Assembly: GCA_964016885.1 (NCBI GenBank)
Contig: OZ024753.1
Coordinates: forward strand, 35,278,001-35,342,000
DNA: 64,000 nt
Reading direction: 5' to 3'
DNA from: Eledone cirrhosa
Lineage: Eukaryota
Numbering within the stretch: position 1 is the stretch's first letter; each line of letters starts with the position of its first letter. The notes under the pieces are model-generated. The model was not told where the DNA came from and searched no databases. It worked only from the letters and a program-made list of their open reading frames with translations. Made by a program: the position numbers and the translations under genes. Of the stretch, positions 60,483 through 64,000 are shown piece after piece.

Positions 60483-61269
60483 GTAACCACCAATATTGTA
60501 AGAATATTCATTTAAGTTTTGATATCATGCTTCTCGAAATACGCCAAAACTACACCTGATGTACCCCTTCCATACACATGCACACATGTGTGTATCATGA
60601 CTCGTGCACTGTTCATTTTACTGATGTTTGTGCATTGCCCTATGTACTGTACATGCACTTTTTTTTTTTGATGAGTTGTGGTGCACCTGGGCACTGTACA
60701 CAATATTTCATTATTGTTATTATTATTATATCATGACTCATACACTGTTCATTTTCCTGACATTTGTACATTATTCTATGTACTATACATGCACCTTTGA
60801 TGAGTTGTAGTGCACCTGAGCACTGTACACAATAATTTCATTATTATTATTATTATAAGTATTTGAAATCAAGGAATGTTTTTGTGGTCACCCTATATTT
60901 GAATACTAAATATATCTGGAAACAACATATATTTGTCAGGTATGGACTAGTGTACTTAATGTCTCAACTAAGACTTCCGACCGTGATATTCCAGCGCTCT
61001 CCCAATTCTGTCAACCCACCACCTTTTTCTCAAGTAATATATTAAATGTTTCAATTACTTGTGAAAAAAAAAAGGGGAAGAAAAATCAAAAATTTGAAGG
61101 GTTTTAGTGAAATAACTTTTTTCATTTGTGTTAAGAACAAGAAAAAAGTGTTTACATAAAACAGCATAAGGCTGTAAAACATTGCCTCAAAAAGTCCCAT
61201 CCAACCCATGCCAGCATAGAAAAGTAGACATAAAAATGATGAGTCTTTTGTTGACCCCCTACAATTGGG

Positions 61270-63320
61270 TGTGTGGTGGGTGTTGTGGTGGAGGTTGTTG
61301 TTAAGGTGACTGTGTTGTGGTGGAGGTTGTTGTTAGGGTGGCTGTGTTGTGGTGGTGATTGTTGTTAGGGTGGCTATGTTGTAGTGGAGGTTGTTGTAAG
61401 AGGTGGCTGTGTTGTGATGGTGATTGTTGTTAGGATGGCTAGTGGGGGTTGTTGTTAGGGTGGCTATGTTGTAGTGGAGGTTGTTGTTAGGGTGGCTATG
61501 TTGTAGTGGAGGTTGTTGTAAGAGGTGGTTGTGTTGTGATGGAGATTGTTGTTAGGATGGCTAGTGGGGGTTGTTGTTAGGGTGGCTATGTTGTAGTGGA
61601 GGTTGTTGTTAGGGTGGCTATGTTGTAGTGGAGGTTGTTGTAAGAGGTGGTTGTGTTGTGATGGAGATTGTTGTTAGGATGGCTAGTGGGGGTTGTTGTT
61701 AGGGTGGCTATGTTGTAGTGGAGGTTGTTGTTAGGGGTGTCTGTGTTGTGGTGGTTAGGGGTGTTGTAATGGTTGAGGGTGGTGTAGTGGCGGTTGCTGT
61801 CAGGGTAAGGTGACAGCAACAGTTTACTTAGCTGTTGACATTGTATAGAAGCAGTTAGTCCCTACTTTCCATTTCTATCCCCTACCACAGCCACACCGAC
61901 GACACTGGAAGGAATGGTGGTGGTTGTGGGGCATGGTCCTTATATTGAAGGGTGGTGGTTGAGGGTGATAGTGTTGCTGATGATGATGGTTGTGGATGGT
62001 TGCAGTGGTGGTGGGGGTGGTTGCAGTGGTCGTGGTAGTTGCAGAGGTGTTGGTGATAGTGGTAGTGAGTTTTAGTGATGGTGATGGTGGTGGTGGAGAG
62101 GGGGGGGGGGTTAGTTTGGTAGTGGTTGCAGTGGTGGTGGTGGAGATGGTGGTGGTGTTAATTTGGTAGTGGTTGTAGCGGTGGTGGTGTTAATTTGGTA
62201 GTGGGTGCAGTGGTGGTGGTAGTATTGGTGGTGGTGGTGTTAATTTGGTAGTGGTTGTAGCGGTGGTGGTGGTGGTGTTAATTTGGTAGTGGTTGCAGTG
62301 GTGGTGGTGGAGATGGTGGTGGTATTGGTGGTGGTGGTGTTAATTTGGTAGTGGTTGTAGCGGTGGTGGTGGAGATGGTGGTGATGGTGGTGGTGGTGTT
62401 AACTGTGTAGTGGTTGTAGCGGTGGTGATGGAGATGGTGGTGGTGGTGGTGGTGGCGTTAATTTGGTAGTGGTTGTAGCGGTGGTGGTGGTAGTGATGGT
62501 GATGATGGTGGTGGTGGTGGTGGTGGTGGTTTTGGTGGCAGTGGTGGGGTGTATATTGGTTGACAATATCTTAATAACCTGAAGATGACTAACCCAGCCC
62601 TTAGGCTTCCTACTACAAAGGAATAAAGCAGGAAAAGGTATATAGGCATGGTGGAAGGAGAGGAGAGGAGGAGGGCTGTGGGTGGTGTGAGGTTGGTATG
62701 GGGTGGGGTGGTGTTAGGGGGGGAGAGAACTCTGTGGCTACATAAAGAAAAGTAAGCAGAAAAAAAGCTTACTTTGTGGCAACAGTTGGTTAAGCATAAA
62801 TTGTATGACTGACTGCAGTCCTTTCACCTGCCACCACCACCCAATAACCCTGTCACCTTCACCACCACATCATCACCACCACCACCATCACCACCACCAC
62901 CATCGTCGCCACCATCATCACCACCACCACCATCATCACCACCACCATCGTCGTCTCCATCATCACCATCACCACTACTACCACCACCACCATCACCACC
63001 ACCATTATCATCACCTCCACCACCACCACCACCATCATTACCTTCACCGCCACCACCATCATCATTATCATCACTTCCACCACCATCACCACCACCACCA
63101 CCACCACCATTATCATCACCTCCACCACCACCACCACCACCATCATTACCTTCACCGCCGCCACCATCACCATCATCATTATCATCACTTCCACCACCAT
63201 CACCACCACCACCACCTCCATTATCATCATCACCACCACCATCACCATCACCACCACCACCATCATCACCACCACCACCATCATCATCACCACCACCATC
63301 ATCACAACTACCATCACCAA
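61270..63320. repeat. GT-rich (GGT/TGT/GTA) and (CAC/CAT)n trinucleotide fields
   Basis: Direct inspection. ~122-bp higher-order unit at 61439-61740. Confidence 0.9.
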
Positions 63321-63427
63321 CAGGACTGCCACCAATGCCTCTTGACAGGTGTAAATAAAAAAGAAAATAATAAAACATAGAAGCACACCCGCGCACGCGC
63401 ACCTACACACACACACATATATATATA

Positions 63428-63511
63428 CAGACGAGTCCGCTTAAGAGTATACCCTCGGGAATGGAAAATAGTATACTCTTAACCGAACTATACTCTTATC
63501 CGGACTAAGTA
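63428..63511. mobile_element. Small TIR element remnant
   Basis: AGTCCGCTTAAGAGTATA ... TATACTCTTA(A/T)CCG(A/G)ACT, the right motif present twice. Confidence 0.45.
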
Positions 63512-63521
63512 AAAATATTCC

Positions 63522-63559
<38 letters not shown>

Positions 63560-63562
<3 letters not shown>

Positions 63563-63653
63563 GGTGTCCCAAAAAATGCATACATACTTCAACACCATTC
63601 TAATAAATATTGTACAGGTAATCAAAGTATGTATACATTTTTTCGGGACACTG
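63560..63653. mobile_element. Tc1/mariner-type MITE
   Basis: TA-CAGGGTGTCCCAAAAAATGCATACATACTT...AAGTATGTATACATTTTTTCGGGACACTG-TA. Confidence 0.8.
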
Positions 63654-63660
63654 TATATAA

Positions 63661-63975
63661 AGGGTAAAGATCCTTTCAGTAATGAATTACTATAGTTTTG
63701 CACCTAGAAAGCTTCCCTCTTCCCTTCGAGGCACAAGTCTGGCCAAGGCGTTTTTATAGAAGATAAGCAGTCACCCATGAAAACCCGTCTCTCCTCTCTC
63801 CTCTGCACGTCACCGATGTTGTCCAAAGGAAAAGCAAAGACCGATATTGACATCGCAACTCATTTCTACAGCTGAGTGAACTGGAGCAACATAAAATTAA
63901 GTGTCTTGCTCAAGGACATAACTCACCACACGGTTTAGGAATCGAATTTACAACCTCATGATTGTGAATCCATCG
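63661..63975 (-). mobile_element. CORE-like SINE with a third type of 3' part
   Basis: CTCATTTCTACAGCTGAGTGAACTGGAGCAAC..GTGTCTTGCTCAAGGAC..GGAATCGAA. Confidence 0.8.
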
Positions 63976-64000
63976 CAGTGGTTTTTTGCATGTATTTGTC

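Noticed and set aside
62805-63416. Poly-His, Gly/Asp-rich or poly-Val ORFs (also 59206-59930, 20363-20614)
   Set aside because: These are trinucleotide repeats open in several frames on both strands.

Overview
Animal genomic DNA, very probably a cephalopod (Octopus-like SINEs, extreme (TA)n load), and apparently intergenic or intronic. I found no convincing host protein-coding gene. Almost all long ORFs in the track are microsatellite or satellite artefacts. The window is a mosaic of several repeat classes. Simple and tandem repeats include (TA)n/(CA)n/(GA)n tracts and satellites with 16, 67, 69, 72, 81 and 23/86 bp units, two of them built from SINE pieces. There are two abundant tRNA-headed SINE families, fragments of RTE, Tx1/L1 and RLE-type (R4/Dong-like) non-LTR retrotransposons, and piggyBac- and Tc1/mariner-type MITEs. 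Four observations stand out. (i) An apparently intact minimal type-I hammerhead ribozyme lies at 3495-3536 (-), with several decayed hammerhead-like motifs elsewhere, some inside near-perfect fold-back palindromes typical of Penelope-like element termini. (ii) A recurrent short element with a hairpin head sits in (TA)n tracts. (iii) A Tx1-like LINE end is inserted in TCTA repeats with a 14-bp TSD. (iv) Young RTE copies show a twin-priming inversion, a roughly 100-bp TSD, and 3' ends shared with a SINE. Family names come from motif recognition only, and no database search was run.
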